A DNA stretch of 63,894 bases, filler included, from Octopus bimaculoides (taxonomy: Eukaryota), in the NCBI RefSeq assembly GCF_001194135.2. It is 4 parts of 4 records of this genome, joined end to end, with 100 filler letters (N's around TTAATTAATTAA, not from the genome) between each part and the next. Parts side by side here need not be neighbours in the genome. Positions count along the whole stretch, not along the records: positions 1 to 31,420 come from NC_068982.1; 3 more parts are not named here. The stretch is one strand, 5' to 3'. Below, piece after piece: positions 12,934 through 25,770 of the stretch (the stretch's first letter is position 1; the number at the start of each line of letters is the position of its first letter). The translations under genes and the position numbers were made by a program. Below the pieces are notes generated by a model. That model was not told where the DNA came from and did not search any database. It saw only the letters and a list, made by a program, of their open reading frames with translations.

Positions 12934-13244
12934 GTCTTGAAGGATAGTCTTCCTTATATTTGACCACCAAGGGTACACCATACCTTTGATTTCAAATAGT
13001 TTTTTTTTTCCAATATTCATCACCCTTCCATATTAAGCAATGCAGACACCTTTTACATGTAATACATATTTTAAAAAAACACTGTGTATTAAGGTTCTAC
13101 TAGCATTTCTTTTTTTAAAAAAGTCATCGACTGATTCTTGAGAAACTTCCAGCTTTTCTCATATATAAGTGAACTGTAAGTGTTAATTGGAAACAGAGAA
13201 GGGATCATGTTTTCTATTGAAACAAAAGATCATGATTTCTTCTT

Positions 13245-13287
<43 letters not shown>

Positions 13288-13365
13288 ACGATGGGCTTCT
13301 CTCAGTTTCTGTCTACCAAATCCACTTGCAAGGCTTCGGTTGGACTGATGATATAGTGAAGACAC

Positions 13366-13571
13366 TTACTCTTTTACTTGTTTCAGTCATTTGAATGTGT
13401 CCATGCTGGAGCACCGCCTTTAATCGAGCAAATCGACCCCAGGACTTATTCTTTGTAAGCCTAGTACTTATTCTATCGGTCTCTTTTGCCAAACTGCTAA
13501 GTTACGGGGACGTTAACACACCAACATCGGTTGTCAAGTGATGTTGGGGGGACAAACACAGACACACAAAC

Positions 13572-13606
<35 letters not shown>

Positions 13607-13774
13607 CATATATACGACGAGCTTCTTTCAGTTTCCGTCTACCAAATCCACTCACAAGGCTTTGGTCAGCCCGAGGCTATAGTAGAAGGCATTTGCCCAC
13701 GGGGCCTAACAGTGGGACTGAACTCTGAGTCATGTGATTGGTAAGCAAGCTACTTACCACACAGCCACTCCTAC
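13366..13774 (-). mobile_element. tRNA-derived SINE family A (CORE-like body, internal microsatellite)
   Basis: GGAGTGGCTGTGTGGTAAG head and GAAACAAGTAAAAGAG tail on the minus strand. Confidence 0.85.
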
Positions 13775-14015
13775 TTGTCCAAATTATTTTATATGAGACT
13801 TGTCCTTATTTAGGGACCTTTTGAGTGGGATGGGCTACTTAACCTGAAGAAAATTCTAACTGGGCCCCACCTGCAAGATCATGCGCTGTTTATCTTGACA
13901 TGAGATCCCCATGTCACACACATTTTGTTGTGATGCATGTGCCTGGTGTACCATTATTTGTGTTTATACATAAAATCTGTTATATTAAAATAGTCTATCT
14001 TGTATCTTTTTATAG

Positions 14016-14262
14016 TGTGCACTGGAGGTAAAGTTTGGTCTGACTGCGCAAATGAATGTCCACTTCATTGTGCAGACTACAAAGCTGGAAGGGGTGTATG
14101 CCAGGAATCAGATACGTGTGTCCCTGGATGTCGATGTCCTGAGAACACCCTTGAACAGGATGGAAAGTGTGTAAAGAAAGAACAATGTTTTTGCCACGAT
14201 AAATATGGAACTGCTGTACTGGAAAATTTTGAAACTTCATCACATGCAATTTGTGAGAAATG
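14016..14262 (+). CDS. SCO-spondin-like exon: TIL domain 1 plus start of TILa/VWC-like module
   Basis: CTGGKVWSDCANECPLHCADY...CVPGCRCPENTLEQDGKCVKKEQCFC; phase 1 to 2. Confidence 0.93.
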
Positions 14263-15111
14263 GTTAGTATCTATCGTTCACCTTTACTTGTTTCAATCAT
14301 TATACTGTGGCCATGCTAGGAAGATTTTGTTGCTGTCGCCCACGTTGGAACCGGACCATAATAATAATAATCCTTTCTAACAAAGGCACAAGGCCTGAAA
14401 TTTGAGGGGAGGAGACCAATCGATTGCATCAACCCCAGTACGTAACTGGTACTTAATTTCTCAACCCTGAAAGGATGAAAGGCAAAGTCAGCCTAATAAT
14501 AATAATAATAATACAGGGCAAGTTCATCTCATCACATACCCAAATCTGATGGGTGACTTAAATTATTTAATGAATGTTACCTTTAAGAATCCTTTTCTGA
14601 TCCATGGTGCTGGCCTTAGTATGCACAAGGTACTGCCTAGAAGGCATTGGATGCATCATGTCTAAAATACACAGATGTACATATACGTACAGTAGAATCT
14701 CGCAGTATGAGTGATCCATTGTACGAATAATTTGCTGTGAGTCGAAACTCATGCAAATTTTTGTCTTGAAGTACGAGTGGAAATCCGCAGTATGAGCACA
14801 CAAATCGTCCCACCTTTAAGGTAATTCAGTTTATAAAACCAGTTTACATGTTTCATTTGCATTCACTTTTTTATAATTGTCATTTTACTTGTAACAACAC
14901 CTTTTCTGATTTAAAACCCATAAAAAATTATTTTTGAGTGGTTTGTTGGGGGACTGAAACGGATTAATTATATTTTAGTTAATTTCAATGCGAAAATTGA
15001 TTTGTAAAATGAGTAAATCATAAGACCAGCTTGGTCATGGAATGAATTAAACTCGTACTGCAAGGTATCTCTATATATGCATATAAAATATTGTATTTTT
15101 CTATTTAACAG

Positions 15112-15158
15112 TTTATGTAAACATGGAGAAATTACTTGTACAAATATTACAAAAAGTT
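15112..15158 (+). CDS. SCO-spondin-like exon: end of TILa/VWC-like module
   Basis: ttaaCAG acceptor, t|GTAAGT donor; 47 nt, phase 2 to 1. LCKHGEITCTNITKS; same size and phase as 10604-10650. Confidence 0.85.
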
Positions 15159-15875
15159 GTAAGTAAAATAAACATTTGAATTTAAAATGTTTTATTTCTT
15201 CATTTCTATATATATTTATTTTTGTATATTTATCAGATGGCAGACAAAAGTCATCACAATTTCTGTAATTTAACAACAATGTAGTTTGATTTTAGGGTGT
15301 TAACAGTAAAATGCTGCTGGAGTATAAACAAATTAGCATGAAGGACAGAAAGAGACGAGTACAAAAAATAATACAGATCGCTTGACTGAATGATAAAATG
15401 GACAAGTTACGAGGACAATGGGGTGGGGGGAATATATAAAATGAGAAAGCAAGGACAGTAACAAAACAATAAACAAATAATAAATGACATGGGTATTTTT
15501 ATATACATAGAAGGCCTTTCAGTTATACAACAGAATTAAAATGGAGAAAGTGTGAAAATAATGCTAATAGGAAAGAATATGATGGTCCCTTAGGACATGG
15601 GAAAATGTATATGCAGACAAAAAAGAAAACCATTGGAGTAAGTTCTTTCACAGCAGTGGAAAAATTTCTATGATAGGGATTGAATTATACCCAACTGACC
15701 GAGTGAGTGGTCAAGCCAAAAAGGATGAGGAATTTTAGAAAGAGGATGGTCAGGTGGCACCTTTTAGGTGATGTAAGAGCTTGGTACAGTCGTCTGATTT
15801 ACCAGCTCCAGTCACACTGTCCAATCCATGCCAGCATGGAAGACAAATGTTAAACAGTGATGATGATGATGATGC

Positions 15876-15913
<38 letters not shown>

Positions 15914-16098
15914 TCAGCATTATCATCATCATCATCATTATCATCATTTAACATCTGTCTTCCACGCTGGCATGGGTTGGACAGTTTGACTGGGGCTGGC
16001 CAGGCAGAGAGTTGCACTGAGCTCCACTGTCTCTTTTGGCTTGGTTTTCTTACAGTTTAATACCCTTCCTAATGCCAACCATTTACACACGTGCACAG

Positions 16099-16150
<52 letters not shown>

Positions 16151-16949
16151 TCATATACACATAATGCATTCACAGAAAGGGAATAATGGAGCCATCATAT
16201 ATGCATATCGAACTCTGCTTAGAATTTCCTCATTATAACACTTACTTCCTTCTTGGTTTGCAAATATAGACATAATATTCCCATTCATCTCAACCCATAA
16301 TGCTGGGTTGAATAAAACCAATAGTAAAGTCCTATAGTACATTGTACAGCAATGAAACAAATCACAATTAACAATCCAGTAATTTAATATTTGAACAAGC
16401 TGCTTATAAATTGTTAAATATGAAAATTGGTCAGTTTACTTTTGCCACTAGCATCAATGGGTTTATAAACAGTGGGTTCATGAATAGTTAAGGAAGATAC
16501 ACAGCTGATGATGATATCTCCAAGTGGAGTTGAAATATGCATGTACAGTTGTTCCTTCTCGGTCTGTCCATGAATGTATTGTGTGTGCCGCCATAATGCT
16601 TACGTTTTTCAAATGCAGTGTTGGCTAAAAATCTCTAGATATGTTCTAGTATATTCTACAACAAAGTAATTGCAAGCCATGCTCTCTTTCTCTCTTAATG
16701 TGTTTGTAAAGAAGATAGTTGAAACTTATTCATTCTGCTCTTGAGAGTAAGTCCTGGAATTTAACCACCAGATTAGTTTGTGGAGCAAAGACAAATATAT
16801 GCTTATCAAATGTACACAAATTTTGTCTCAATCATCATCATCATCATCATCATCGTTTAACGTCCGCTTTCCATGCTAGCATGGGTTGGACAATCATGGT
16901 GCTAATTAATTAGTGTACACTACATGTAGTATACACTTATTAATTCATA

Positions 16950-17197
16950 ATTTAACGTCTGCTTTCCATGCTAGCATGGGTTGGACGATTTGACTGGGGT
17001 CTGGGAAGCCAGAAGGCTACACCCTCCAATCTGATTTTGCAGAGTTTCTACAGCTGGATGCCCTTCCTAACGCCAACCACTCCGAGAGTGTAGTGGGTGC
17101 TTTTTACGTGCCACCGGCATGAGGGTCAGTCTGGTGGTACTGGCAATGGTCACACTCAAATGGTGTTTTTTACGTGCCACCTGCACAGGAGTCAGCC
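16950..17197 (-). mobile_element. Repeat family D flanked by a ~30-bp direct repeat
   Basis: Flanks 16915-16945 and 17198-17227 are near-identical. Confidence 0.8.
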
Positions 17198-17468
17198 GTA
17201 CACTACATGTATGCACACTTATTAATTAGCTCAAGAACTGAAATAAAATGTTTATGGTTAAGATCATTAATTAATTTATATATGTACATTTAATAATAGA
17301 GACATGACTAATCTTTAGGTAAGATCCAATGGCAATGGTTTTGGGGGAATTTTCCAATGTTTGTTCCATACAAATATCAAATTATTCAGTGTAAATTATA
17401 CTTTTTCTAAAACAAATATGAACTGTTTCATTTGACAGCAGAATAAATAAACTACTGAATCATTACAG

Positions 17469-17544
17469 GTTGTGTATATGCCAAATGGTCGAGTTGGGGA
17501 GCTTGCAGTCGTACCTGTGGTGCTGGTATACAACATCGTTACAG
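17469..17544 (+). CDS. SCO-spondin-like exon: TSP1 repeat 3, first half
   Basis: CVYAKWSSWGACSRTCGAGIQHRYR; phase 1 to 2. Confidence 0.92.
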
Positions 17545-18312
17545 GTAACACATTCTTATTGTATCTAATCACTGCAATAGTGTTTTTAAATTGTGTGTGA
17601 ATAGAATTGAACTTAATTGAATGTTTTTAAGTAAATCTTATAGAGAAAGTATGCTAAATCAGTTGTGTGTCAGATTAAATGCTTAGGTAAGTATTTCATC
17701 CCTTAATATGCCCTGCATTCTAATTCTTTGCCTTTGATTCATCCATATCTAAATGAAAAAAAAACCTGTGCTAAGTATGTATGTACTGTGTATGATATGA
17801 CTGGCTAAACTCTTCCGCTAAGATTTGTGGTCTTATGCTAGTGTGGGAAATTGTAGATTTTATAATGTGAGCCCTTGTAAGATAAAAAGTTTGTTAAGAG
17901 GAATAAATTAGTTTATAATGTATATTTTTGACAGAACCTTCTGTTTTTTAGAGATGGATTTTATCTTTCTTTTTCTTCTGACAAATGGATCTGCTCAACA
18001 CATTAGATTTCTTGTCTTCTAAAATGGCTGCAACTTTCTGACATTTGAATTCAGAGCCTCTGCACAAATGATCCAATACCTTTACTTTGTAGACATTTCA
18101 ACTCTGCTAATAGTCACCTGAGAAATCTTAATTAACTCATAACAGAAGAATGATATAAAGCAGTAGTGAGTTGCCTTGTACGTTTGTGTTCAGAGTCCAG
18201 TTTCAAGTGGGTCATTTTGTATTTCATCCTTCTTGAATGTAAATTATGTCCTTTCTAATAACAAATTGGTTTTTTTCATTTACACAAAATAAGAGAGAAA
18301 AAAATCAAAATT

Positions 18313-18740
18313 AAGCTGTGGATGTGTGATAAACAGCTTGCTTCTCGACCACATGGTTCCAAGTTTTGTCCCACTGTGTGACACCTTGGACAAGTGTCTT
18401 CACTGTATCATCATGCCAACCAAAGCCTTGCAAGTGGATTTGGTAGACAGGAACTGAAAGAAGTCCAACATATTGTGTCTCTTTGTGTGTATATGTATGC
18501 GCATGCATGTATGTGTGATTGTGTATATGCATGTGTGTGTCTTTATGTCTGTGTTTGTCCCCCACCACCACCACTGCTTGACAACCAGTGTTGGTATATC
18601 TATGTCCTCATAACTTAGTGGTTCAGCAAAAAGAGATTGATAGAAAAGTACTGGAGTTGATTCGTTTGACTAAAAATCCTTTAAGGCACTGCCCCAGAAT
18701 GGCCACAGCCTAACGACTGAAACAGTTAAAAAGATAAGAG
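18313..18740 (+). mobile_element. SINE family A (diverged)
   Basis: Collinear with 25397-25770. Confidence 0.75.
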
Positions 18741-18807
18741 ACACTGATAAATCTGTATAATTATTCCATTACAAATCATTTTCAAAAATTTCAAATTCTC
18801 TTTCCAG

Positions 18808-18954
18808 AAAGTTGCTCTCCCATGGTTCATTGTGTGAAGAATATATTCATGAAAACAAAACCTGTACCTTAGGAACTTGTCCTTTTGATTGTTATTTCAA
18901 TGAAAATGGTTACTATAATAATGAATTAATTCGTGAAGATTCTTGTGAAGTGTG
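18808..18954 (+). CDS. SCO-spondin-like exon: end of TSP1 repeat 3 plus start of VWC-like module
   Basis: KLLSHGSLCEEYIHENKTCTLGTCPFDCYF...EDSCEVC; phase 2-2. Confidence 0.9.
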
Positions 18955-19069
18955 GTAAGTTGTAAAATTATGTTCAGAATACTTTATATTAAGTTTTATA
19001 AAGAAATTTTACTTTAAATTAATGGTTTAGTGCTTTAACAAGACTATTTTATATTGGATTTACATATCA

Positions 19070-19607
19070 CATTATTTACATTATTTACATTCGACGGATA
19101 TTTGTCCTCATCTTGTTTGTTGTTAACACAACGTTTCGGTTGATATACCCTCCAGCCTTCATCAGGTGTCTTGGGAAAATTTCAAACCTGGGTTCTCATT
19201 CCTAAGGTATTTTTCCATGTTGTTGTTGTTGTTGTTGTTGTTGTTCAGGCCACTGCTTGGAATCGAACTCGGAATCTTGGGGTTAGTAGCCTTCACTCTT
19301 AACCACTACGCTATATGCCCATGCATGCATATGGTATAGTGGTTAAGAGTGTGGGCTACAAACCCCAAGATTCCAGGTTCAGTTCCAAGCAGTGACCTGA
19401 ATAATAATAACAATAATAATAATAACAACAACAACATTGAAAAATACCTTAGGAATGAGAACCCAGGTTCGAAATTTCCCCAAGACATCTGAAGAAGGCT
19501 GGAGGGTTTATCAGCCAAAACGTGTTAACAACAAACAAGATGAGGACAAATATCCGCTAAATGTAAATAATGTACAGAATTCCTCATCTCTTAAATACAG
19601 AACTGTA
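19070..19607. mobile_element. SINE family C head-to-head inverted dimer: minus 19070-19320, plus ~19327-19607
   Basis: Two near-complete copies in opposite orientation with heads about 6 nt apart. Confidence 0.88.
19125..19170 (-). ncRNA. Predicted minimal hammerhead ribozyme, one stem II mismatch
   Basis: GACAC-CTGATGA-A-GGCTG...CAACC-GAAACGTT-GTGTT. Confidence 0.6.
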
Positions 19608-20248
19608 TAGAGCACTCCACAGACATGCCGACCCTTAATATAGTCCTCAGGGAGATTCACTGACACAGAGTGTGACAAGGCTGGCCCCTTTGAATTACAG
19701 GTACAACTCATTTTTGCCAGCTGAGTGGACTGGAGCAACATGAAATAAAGTGTCTTGCTCAAGGACACCAATGCACCACTGAGTATTGAACTTGTGACCT
19801 TAAAATCAAAAGTCAAATACCCTAACCACTAAGCCATGCACCTTCACAGATGTCACTATGTGTCTTATTTAAATAAAACTAAGCCCCTATATTTAAAATT
19901 TACTGAATGCTACAAACAATGTGGAAGACTTGAACTAAAAAACACGAAAGTATTTTAGTTCAGTGTTTTAGCTTTGAAAAACTATTAAAATAAATATACT
20001 TTAAACCCATGGTTAGTCAACTGAGTATAGCTGGCTCAACCAGAGAAACAAAATTCCTTGCAAGAGGAACAAGAATCATCTTATGTATTCTGTTTACCTT
20101 TGTAGCTTCATGATGAGCACAGCACTATTAGAACTGACATTTGCTTTAATCACTTCATTTTATCAAGTATCTTTTTAACCTGAATAAGTCACAATAGAAA
20201 TGTTTCTTAGTAGTTTACAGTAAATTTATTATATCCTTTATGTTCTAG

Positions 20249-20298
20249 TTATTGTACAGCTTCAAATATATCCTGCTTTTATCAACCAAATGCAAAAG
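20249..20298 (+). CDS. SCO-spondin-like exon: end of VWC-like module
   Basis: ttcTAG acceptor, g|GTAACT donor; phase 2 to 1. YCTASNISCFYQPNAK. Confidence 0.85.
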
Positions 20299-21019
20299 GT
20301 AACTTTTCACCATTTTGTTTTCAATTCCAGTTTACAAACACAATGTATTTGAAACCTTGAAAAAGTACTTCATAATTTCTTGATGTTGTTGATGGTGGTA
20401 GTAAAGATATCTAAGGCAAAAAATTGAAGAGTATTCCAAAATCATTCCAATTTTGCAGCATATATGTGTCTGTAATTTTATTTTATTCTTTTGCAAGCCT
20501 CAGGAAAATTAGTTATTCATAATTTGGGGTTTATGTTGCTCATTTTACACAGAAGCAGCATAATATCAGTGCCAACAAGATCTAGAATATAAGTTCTTTT
20601 TAAGTAATGTATTAATAGGGTATTTATGAAGGCAAGCGTATTATTTTTTAGATATAAAATGTTATCTATAATACAGGAATTGTTGTTGACCTAGTTGATC
20701 ATCCAAATACAAGGATGTGATAATCCTTTCTAAGGCAGATACAAGACCTGAAATTTGGTGGGAGGGGCTCAAGTAGATTAACCCCAGAGTTCAACTGGTA
20801 CTTATTTCATTGACATTCAGAAAGATAAAAGACAATGTTGACCTCAGCAGGATTTGAACTCAGAACATAAAGTCAGATGAAATGCTGTTAGGCATAATAA
20901 TAATGTTATTACCTTAAATATTTCATTTTAAAATGGTGCAAATAGTAAAAACCAAATTAAATTTATGTTAATATTTCAATTAAATACAATTCTAAAATAT
21001 TTCAAATTTACTTGACTAG

Positions 21020-21190
21020 CTGATGGAAAATGGGCAAGTTGGTCTGAGTGGGGACCTTGCAGCCATTCATGCCAGCCTGGTGGAATCAGAATAAGAACTC
21101 GCTCTTGCTCAAATCCTTTACCACGCTGTGGGGGAAAAGTATGTTCAGGAAACGCTGTTGATTATGAATACTGTACAATGAAGAAGACAT
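21020..21190 (+). CDS. SCO-spondin-like exon: TSP1 repeat 4
   Basis: DGKWASWSEWGPCSHSCQPGGIRIRTRSCSNPLPRCGGKVCSG; phase 1-1. Confidence 0.95.
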
Positions 21191-21669
21191 GTAAGTAATT
21201 TATGATACTGTGGTATTTCAAATCTACCTTAGGAGTACATTAATTCCCAGCATCTCTGAAATACTGTTTGCATTTAAGTCTTGAAGTTCTCTCATACTTT
21301 CCTCTTCACTTCACATAACATGCTTATTATTCACATCACCCAATGGATTCCTGCTTCAGTTTCACCCAGCTTAATAATGGCATTGTTGGCAGTGCCATTT
21401 CTCTTATCTCAGCCTATATGTCTTGCTTCCTGAAACAAATTGATATATCTGACACTATTTTGTCATTCTAGTTGATTAATTGTCGTACATCAGCTCCAAT
21501 AAAGCAAATATATCATGCAGGTGATCAGTCAAACAACTAAATACATTCTACATATCAAACTCTTTAGATATATTGTTCTTCTGCCTAATTAAAACTGAAG
21601 CCATGTATTTCAGTTTTCATTGCACAAGGTACATTGTGGTATCTGTGTCTTTACATTTCTTCTACAATC

Positions 21670-21923
21670 CGTAGTGCTTAAGAGCATGGGATACTGACCC
21701 CAAGATTCCAAGTTTGATTCCAGGCAGTGACCTGAATAATAATAATAACATCAAAAATACCTTAGGAATAAGAACCCAAGTTCGGAATTTCCCCAAGACA
21801 CTTGATGAAGGCTGGAAGGTATATCAGCTGAAATGTTGTATTAACAACAAACAAAATGAGGACAAATATCCATCAAATGTAAATAATGTACATAATTCTT
21901 CATCTCTTAAATATAGAACTGTA
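21670..21923 (+). mobile_element. SINE family C single copy
   Basis: Slightly 5'-clipped tRNA-like head through terminal AAATATAGAACTGTA; ribozyme core mutated (TTGATGA). Confidence 0.85.
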
Positions 21924-22138
21924 TAATCCAGTCTTTTATTCTTTATTTATAGATTTCATTGTTTGCTATCCAGGAATCAAATGAGGTAAAATAGTTCCAG
22001 AATTGCTCTCAAGAGTTTTGGTCGTATAGAATAAGCATATTCCATTGCAATACATTCCGTGGTGATATATCTACAATTTTGCATTACTTTATTTGGATAT
22101 TTAAAACAACAGGCATTTTTGTTTTCTCCATGTTGCAG

Positions 22139-22291
22139 GCTGTATTTATGAAGAATGGTCAATGTGGTCAACATGCAGCAAACCATGTGGTAAAGGTTTT
22201 CAGATCAGTGAACGAATTAAAACTAGGGATTCATCTTGCAAATTAAATACTAAGACTAGAAGACAAACTTGTCGAGTACAGCCTTGCAGAG
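22139..22291 (+). CDS. SCO-spondin-like exon: TSP1 repeat 5
   Basis: CIYEEWSMWSTCSKPCGKGFQISER...CRVQPCR; phase 1-1. Confidence 0.93.
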
Positions 22292-22547
22292 GTATTATCT
22301 AAAAGCCTTTAATAACTTTTTTCATATATATTTTGCTAATTTTTCAATATCAATCATTGTGAAGTGTATTTTAAGATTTTCTAGAGAAATGCAAACAAGA
22401 GCGATCGCTCAGTAATGAAAAGGTCTGAAACACTGCCTTAGAAATAAATGCTATAAACTTCAAATTCACCCTATATCTACATCTATATCTATCAGTCTAT
22501 CTAGCTAGCTAACTTTCTAACTATCTATCTATCTGTCTATCTGTCTG

Positions 22548-22590
<43 letters not shown>

Positions 22591-23048
22591 GTCTATCAGA
22601 ACACCCCTATTGGTTGTCTCCTAATGGACTGTGCCACAATACAACTGGACATACGCAGAGAGCTTTCAGAGCAGAGTAGAGCCAAGAGTTGCATATTGTC
22701 AAGGGTTATTACCAGTATCTTAAGTAGAACAATTTGCAAGGACTTTATTATAATTCCATTATATCATGCATCGAAGGTGTGATACAATACATTCTCTACA
22801 TATATAAATATAATTCTGGACACTAGTTTGAGATGGGAGACTTATCAAACCGCCACCTTGCTGTAAACAAATACTGTAAGCACAAGTAGTTTATAACCAG
22901 TTTCATTTATTTATTTATTTATTTACTCAAATTTAACGTCTATTATTCTTGTTAATGCTTCATTATTATTGCTAATATTGTTATAGTAATTGCATTTAAC
23001 AAAAAGATCGTTATCAAACAGCATTTAACACATTTACAAAAGTTAATA

Positions 23049-24794
23049 CAGTAGATCCCGCGTTATAAATCCATTGATAATAAATCTACCCGCTTGATGT
23101 ATCAAAAATGGGTTGGAATGGAATTTTTACACATAAAATCTCTCATTTAATAAATCCAAACCATCACTTAATAAATCCAACTGTTGCTGCTTCTTCCTAA
23201 AGTGTCACCAAGCAAATGAATCAAGTGTTCCCCCCCCCCCCCATTAAATGCTGACAGGTAGGCTCCAGCAGCCACGGTCAGCCAGCTGTCATGTGGTACA
23301 CTCTATCATCCCAAAATAGATATAGTGTATATATATAAATACACATACACTACCATTTACCATTACCAACAGGGTCACGACTACTACTACAACCAACAAA
23401 AAATGCTCCCACCTGGACTGTTGACACCAGTAAAACAATTATGAACTTTTCGTTTAATTTCATTTTTTTTAAATATGTATTTTTGATAAGGTTCGTTTTT
23501 TCAAGAACCGAAACATGTTAAAAATATCTCTGACAAAATTATAAATTAAAATTCATTTTTTTATATTTATTTATTTATTTATTTATGTGTTTCAGCCAAG
23601 TGGCTGCGGTCATGCTGGTGCACATTGACGTTTTCAAACTTCTTTTTTATAAATATATATGTTTTCCTGTCTTGGTTTTTGTCCGCCACTACATTCCTCC
23701 ATGGTAAGATTTAATTTGCGTATACAAATTTAATCTGCAGTCCATGGGAAGAGCTGTTTTAACGATGCGTCCCGCCCAGCTCTTCGAAACGCTGGTGTTA
23801 AAACGGGGGTAGCTGATGAAGTAGAATGTTCTCTATGTGGCTTGTGTGTTTTCTCGTCTACGTTTTGTTTGCAATGTCCTGTACCCAGATATGCACCTAT
23901 ACATACAGGTGGATGTCGGTATGCACATACCTGTACGTATATATGCATATACTCATTTATTATTTGTTTTTATATATATATATGTATATATAGTAGCTGG
24001 CAGTGGCTGCTGGAGCCTAAAACACATCCTTGTCATTCAAGTGAAAAAGTAGGCTCCAGGACACCTCTTGTCAAAATTACATGCCCTTCTCATTTATTGG
24101 ATGATGGAGTGTACCATGTGACAGCTGGTTGGTTGTGGCTACTGGAGCCTACCTGTCAGTATTGAAGTGTGAAAAAACACATCATTTGTCATTCATGTAG
24201 AGAGGCAGACACACACACACAAGTTGTTCAAAATGAAATATGAGAAGCAGGACCAATCCATGGTAGAAAAGATTCAATTGTTAGGATGTTACAAAGCTGA
24301 ACGTTAGAATGATGGTGCTGTTGTTTGCTCCAGGGATCATCACTGAAGAAGGAAAACTAGACGAGATCGTTCATGACAATTGGCAATCTGAAAAGGAAAC
24401 CGAAGGAGATGAAGATGGCAATTCCATCATTGATGTTGAGGAAAGAGCTCCAGAGCCTCCAACGTCAGCTGAAATGAGACACTATCTCATTCGATTAGAA
24501 AGTGGCCTTGAAAGTTTTGATTTCGGTGACATGAATCCTTTTAGAACTCTTTTGGAAAAAATCAATGCAGAGTTGCAAACGAAGCGTCCAACAAAGCAAA
24601 CAACACTCAACAAATTTCTCATTCAAGGACCCTGTTTATAATGCTTTTTATTCTTGTATTCGCATATTATATGTATTTTAATAAATACACATGTTTAATC
24701 AATCAACAAATTTTCTTCCCTCGGTTAATAAATCCCTCGTTTAATAAATCCAAAATAGGTGGTCCAAGATGGATTTATAAAGTAGGGTCTACTG
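23049..24794 (+). mobile_element. pogo/Tigger-like DNA transposon deletion derivative with foreign inserts
   Basis: TIRs CAGTAGATCCCGCGTTATAAATCC / GGATTTATAAAGTAGGGTCTACTG with TA on both sides. 24309-24641 encodes an acidic C-terminus ending KQTTLNKF, typical of Tigger-type transposases. Confidence 0.8.
23780..23990. repeat. Dispersed repeat shared with 56743-56935
   Basis: GGGGGTAGCTGATGAAG...CCAGATATGCACC...CTCATTTATTATTTGTTTT occurs at both loci. Confidence 0.8.
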
Positions 24795-25106
24795 TATTTA
24801 AATAAGAGATGAAGACAAAAAAAAAACTGTTGCGAAGCATCTCTCATGCCCCATTTCTCACTGTCTCAGTGCTCCTCTTTGACTACAGCATCTATATTTA
24901 ATTTCTCACCATCCCCTAAGAAGTAGTACTGCCCACATTGAGAACCATTTGATGACATAAACTAAGTAACTAAGTTCGGCTGAGAAATGTTTCTGAAACA
25001 TCAGATTAGCTTTGTGCTCTTCGTTCAAAATTTATATCTTCTCAAACAAAAGCAACTTGTTAAACTGTTTTATACTTTTCTCATGAATCTGTTTCTTTCA
25101 CTCCAG

Positions 25107-25262
25107 TGAGATGTGGTAGATGGACAAGGTGGTCACCTTGTGTGGGTCAGTGTGACAAAGGAGTCAGCAAAAGAACTTTTAGAGTTTCCACGAGACGAAG
25201 AAATAAGTCTGTCTGCAAGACTCAAACGGAAGAAAGGGAATGCAAACTGGCCAAAAAATGCA
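25107..25262 (+). CDS. SCO-spondin-like exon: TSP1 repeat 6
   Basis: CGRWTRWSPCVGQCDKGVSKRTFR...ERECKLAKKC; phase 1-1. Confidence 0.92.
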
Positions 25263-25396
25263 GTAAGTAAACATTCATCTCAATTTCTCTAAACTGTCTG
25301 TTAAAAAAGGGGAAAAAACATGACACTCCATTGATTACAACAACAAGGGTTCCAGTTGATCCGATCAGTGGAACAACCTGCTTATGAAATTAATAG

Positions 25397-25770
25397 GCAC
25401 AGGAGTGGCTGTGTGGTAAGTAGCTTGCTTACCAACCACATGGTTCCGGGTTCAGTCCCACTGCATGGCACCTTGGGCAAGTGTCTTCTACTATAGCCTC
25501 AGGCCAACCAAAGCCTTGTGAGTGGATTTGGTAGACGGAAACTGAAAGAAGCCCGTCGTATATATGTATATATGTGTGTTTGTCCCCCCAACATCACTTG
25601 ACAACTAATGATGATGTGTTTATGTCCCTGTAACTTAGCGGTTCGGAAAAAGAAACCAATAGAATAAGTACTAGGTTTACAAAGAATAAGTCCTGGGGTT
25701 GATTTGCTCGACTAAATGCGGTGCTCCAGCATGGCCGCAGTCAAATGACTGAAACAAGTAAAAGAGTAAG
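25397..25770 (+). mobile_element. SINE family A
   Basis: A box TGGCTGTGTGG, B box GGTTCAGTCC, GGCACCTTGGGCAAGTGTC body, GTAAAAGAG tail. Confidence 0.88.

Noticed and set aside
23740-23830. GAAACG followed by CTGATGA as a permuted (type II) hammerhead
   Set aside because: Stem I and stem II do not close around the core in any register I tried.
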